From an uncultured Treponema sp. (lineage in GTDB: Bacteria > Spirochaetota > Spirochaetia > Treponematales > Treponemataceae), in NCBI RefSeq assembly GCF_934725225.1, contig NZ_CAKVAM010000007.1, forward strand, positions 13,035 through 77,034: DNA of 64,000 bases. The letters are read 5' to 3'. Position numbers and translations under genes: made by a program. The notes under the pieces were generated by a model. The model saw only the letters and a list, made by a program, of their open reading frames with translations. It did no database searches and had not been told where the DNA came from. Shown here piece after piece: positions 61,226-64,000 of the stretch (the first letter of the stretch is position 1; each line of letters begins with the position of its first letter).

Positions 61226-61378
61226 ATGAAAATACAAGAATACAATGCTCCCAGTCATTGTCCGGCTTGGTCTACGATGTTTAAAAAAAGCCAATTGATA
61301 ATTTGTTTCAGCTTTATTAAACAGACGCTTCCTTGTTTTAATATTGACCATGTGTTTATTATAGTGTACATTAAAAAT

Positions 61379-61669
61379 ATGTATCAAATTTTTAAAACGG
61401 AAAACTACTTAAAATGGTTCAAGAAGCTGCGCGACAGCACGGCAAAATATGCAATCATCTTAAGAATAGAACGTCTTAAAAACGGCAACTTCGGCGATTC
61501 TAAAAGCGTTGGTGAAAAAGTTTTTGAATTGCGAATTGACACAGGAAAAGGATATAGAGTTTATTTTACAAACAAGGACAAGGAAATTATTATCCTTTTG
61601 GCAGGCGGAAACAAATCCACACAAGAAACTGATATACAGAAGGCTAAGGAATTGGCAAAGGAGGTCTGA
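61379..61669 (+). CDS. RelE/ParE-family toxin (HI1419-type addiction killer)
   Basis: GNFGDSKSVG, ELRIDTGKGYRVYF and LLAGGNKSTQ motifs. Confidence 0.92.
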   Translation: MYQIFKTENYLKWFKKLRDSTAKYAIILRIERLKNGNFGDSKSVGEKVFELRIDTGKGYRVYFTNKDKEIIILLAGGNKSTQETDIQKAKELAKEV

Positions 61670-61672
61670 ATT

Positions 61673-61978
61673 ATGGAAAAAATAAAGCTTACAGCTTACA
61701 ATGCGGCTGAGTTTCTGGACACAGAGAAGCTTCAGAAAGGCTACCTTGACTATGTGGCAAAAGAAGGCACGCCGGAAGAGCTAATCGAAGCAATAAAGAC
61801 AGTCGCAAGGGCAAAAGGAATGTCCAAGACCGCAAAGGAAACAGGAATTTCCCGCAGTGGACTTTACAAAGCCCTGTCTCCGGACGGAAACCCGACAATA
61901 GACACATTGATTAAAATTGCAAAGTCCATAGGGTATAATCTGAACATCTCCTTCTCGCCAATAAAGACAAACTGCTGA
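61673..61978 (+). CDS. HTH antitoxin (HI1420-type addiction antidote)
   Basis: VARAKGMS and LYKALSPDGNPT motifs; GGAGG SD. Confidence 0.92.
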   Translation: MEKIKLTAYNAAEFLDTEKLQKGYLDYVAKEGTPEELIEAIKTVARAKGMSKTAKETGISRSGLYKALSPDGNPTIDTLIKIAKSIGYNLNISFSPIKTNC

Positions 61979-62070
61979 AACTTCTACTCTTCTTGCGGAA
62001 AAAGAATGCAAAAAGCCATTCCTTATGCTTGGTCATTATCCTGCAGAAAATGCAGTTTGCAATACTTTTA

Positions 62071-63279
62071 TTATAAATCTTCCATTAACCATTCCAATGC
62101 ATTTTTACGGATAATTCCGTCATAATCACCTTGCGGATCGTCATCCAAAGTTAAAATCATTTTAGGATAATTATCTTTTATTGCCTTCAGCGGACGCAGC
62201 TCCCTTTCCAAAGTCTGCTCATCGCGGACAGTGGCAGCTACCTGAATATATGTGTTTCCGTCCTGCGACTGGGCTACAAAATCAACTTCCGCCTCGTCAA
62301 TTTTTCCTACATATACATTGTAGCGGCGGCGGACAAGCTCAAGATAAACTATATTTTCCAGAATATGACCGGCGTCCATTGACTTTTTTCCTATCAAGGC
62401 TGAACGCAGGGCAATATCCGCCACATAATATTTTTCAAGTGATTTCAAGTATTCTTTTCCCTTGATATTATAGCGTTTGACCTTATAGACGATATATGTT
62501 TCCACGAGGGACGAAAGATAGTTTTCAACCATGCGCGAGTCAGTCTTGCGGCCGCTGCTTGTCATTGTGTCTGCGATTTTCTTGCTGGAAACTTCGAGAC
62601 CGATATTGTCAAAGACAAACTCAGCAACGCTTTGGAGCTGGAAGACATCCGTGATTTTTTTTCTTGAGATAATGTCTTTCACAAGAATTGTATTGTATAG
62701 GCTTTCCAAGTAGTCATTTATGCCAGCCCTCTCAATACAGAGCGAATAAGGAAAAGAGCTGTTTTCCAGATACTGCCTGTAGGCATTTGGAAGATTCTGC
62801 TCAAGTTTTTTGGCATGCACAAATTCCTTAAATGAAAGAGGCTGCATTTTTATTTCCACATAGCGGCCGGAAAGATAGGTTGCAAGCTCGCTGGACAGAA
62901 TGCCTGAATTGGAGCCTGTGATGTATATGTCCAAAAGAGGATTTATGAAAAAACTATCTACAACTTCCTCAAACTGCGGCACGCGCTGAATTTCGTCAAA
63001 GAAAAGATACATTCGCCTGCCGGGAATCAGACGTTCCTTTACATAGGCGTAGAACGAGTCATTGTTGCAAAGATTTTTAAATTCATAGTCTTCAAAATTG
63101 ATTGAGACAATCTGATTTTCCTCTGCGCCTTCCTTGAGCAGGATTCTCTGCCACTGGGCAAGCAGTGTGGATTTTCCGCATCTTCTTATTCCTGTAACAA
63201 CTTTTATGAGCTGCTTATCCTTAAAGGTTCGAAGGCGGTCTAAGAAGCTCTCTCTCTGTATATCAGGCAGTTCTTCCAT
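62071..63279 (-). CDS. AAA_14/DUF4143 ATPase with C-terminal nuclease-like domain
   Basis: GIRRCGKST, FDEIQ, ITGSNS, LENIV, EVDF and YIQV motifs. Confidence 0.9.
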   Translation of the reverse strand: MEELPDIQRESFLDRLRTFKDKQLIKVVTGIRRCGKSTLLAQWQRILLKEGAEENQIVSINFEDYEFKNLCNNDSFYAYVKERLIPGRRMYLFFDEIQRVPQFEEVVDSFFINPLLDIYITGSNSGILSSELATYLSGRYVEIKMQPLSFKEFVHAKKLEQNLPNAYRQYLENSSFPYSLCIERAGINDYLESLYNTILVKDIISRKKITDVFQLQSVAEFVFDNIGLEVSSKKIADTMTSSGRKTDSRMVENYLSSLVETYIVYKVKRYNIKGKEYLKSLEKYYVADIALRSALIGKKSMDAGHILENIVYLELVRRRYNVYVGKIDEAEVDFVAQSQDGNTYIQVAATVRDEQTLERELRPLKAIKDNYPKMILTLDDDPQGDYDGIIRKNALEWLMEDL

Positions 63280-63369
63280 AGTAATTTCACTTTAATGCAA
63301 GAAAGCGTAAAAATCAACAAGTTTTTGCATTCTGTTGCAAAAACTTGTTGATTTCACAGAGTTTTGTCT

Positions 63370-63532
63370 TAAACACACAAAAAAAGCCTCCCATAAGGGA
63401 GGCTTTCTGCTTGTCCAGCACATCTAGTGCGCCGTACACGTGTGATTGCCCCGACAGTCTTGCTAACAAAACTGTCAGATTCGACCGAGTTTGCAAGGCA
63501 AACTCGCCAGCATTTGCGCTATGCGCGATTGA
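63370..63532 (-). repeat. Modular hairpin 3' element plus terminator downstream of paralog D
   Basis: Inverted near-copy of 61054-61225. Confidence 0.88.
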
Positions 63533-64000
63533 CTAGAAACCAACCTGCAATGCTACAGGGATTGCCCATACGAAGTCATCGCCTGCGTTAGCAGAGATTC
63601 CTGCAAGTCCGCAGCCGTTTGTTGCGCCCTGGAAGCCAATTCCGATGTAGCCGTTGCTTGATACGTTCTTTGTAACTCCAACAAGGAAGCTGATTGCTCC
63701 GTCATCCTTGTCTTTTCCGTATCCAATGTTCTTGTAGCGAACATCTGCTGCTGCGTTAAGACCGTCCATGATTACATAGTCAACACCAGCACCGATTCCG
63801 AATGCGTTGTCTTTCTGATCACCAGCTTTTCCAACACATTTGTCCTGATACTGAACATATCCACCAGAAACAGAGACCTTCATAGCGTCAGAAACCTGGT
63901 AAGAAGCGCCAGCTGTGAACTTCATCTTTTCGTTGTCGGTGTTGAATTCCTTGTCTGCGATTCCGAATCTTGCGCCTACAGTTACAAAGAGATTCTCAAC
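63533..64000 (-). CDS. Msp-like outer-membrane protein, paralog D (3' part; 5' end outside window)
   Basis: Open frame from 64000: VENLFVTVGARFGIADK...FTAGASYQVS...FVWAIPVALQVGF, aligning with B and C. Confidence 0.85.
   Translation of the reverse strand, partial: VENLFVTVGARFGIADKEFNTDNEKMKFTAGASYQVSDAMKVSVSGGYVQYQDKCVGKAGDQKDNAFGIGAGVDYVIMDGLNAAADVRYKNIGYGKDKDDGAISFLVGVTKNVSSNGYIGIGFQGATNGCGLAGISANAGDDFVWAIPVALQVGF

Noticed and set aside
61226..61378. N-terminal extension of the RelE toxin
   Set aside because: It covers the promoter; the family-sized protein starts at 61379.
61054..63532. Integron attC sites flanking the TA/ATPase cargo
   Set aside because: No RYYYAAC...GTTRRRY boundaries, the elements are inverted and tied to paralog 3' ends, and no integrase is present.
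32353..64000. Diversity-generating retroelement behind paralog variation
   Set aside because: No reverse transcriptase; differences are block replacements and indels, not adenine-specific.

Overview
Window from a Treponema-like spirochaete chromosome. The host is inferred from the dgcA/rhomboid/dusB/tatD/M23/bactofilin/yaaR/PSP1 block, a long archaeal-type PheS, ThyX and spirochaete-style lipoproteins. Roughly 1-31.8 kb is pentose/sugar uptake and catabolism plus signalling and housekeeping genes. From 32 kb to the end there is a candidate antigenic-variation locus of four paralogous Msp-like outer-membrane protein genes arranged A(+) B(-) ... C(+) D(-). A, B and C have an identical ~105-116 bp leader (SD + signal peptide); the 5' end of D is outside the window. 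Only C has a recognisable consensus sigma70 promoter. That promoter sits at one end of a ~24-kb segment bounded by the inverted B and C leaders, and the segment carries pheS, thyX and pgsA. The other end of the segment holds an IS110/Piv-family DEDD recombinase with a structured upstream non-coding region. Toxin-antitoxin or defence-like genes sit at every paralog junction. Also seen: a poly-G promoter apparently in an off spacing, a covarying TGTCATT-hairpin repeat family, two 22-bp-period palindromic arrays, modular hairpin 3' elements, several probable leaderless genes and a sigma28 promoter. No rRNA, tRNA or CRISPR array was found. All calls come from reading the sequence; no searches were run.
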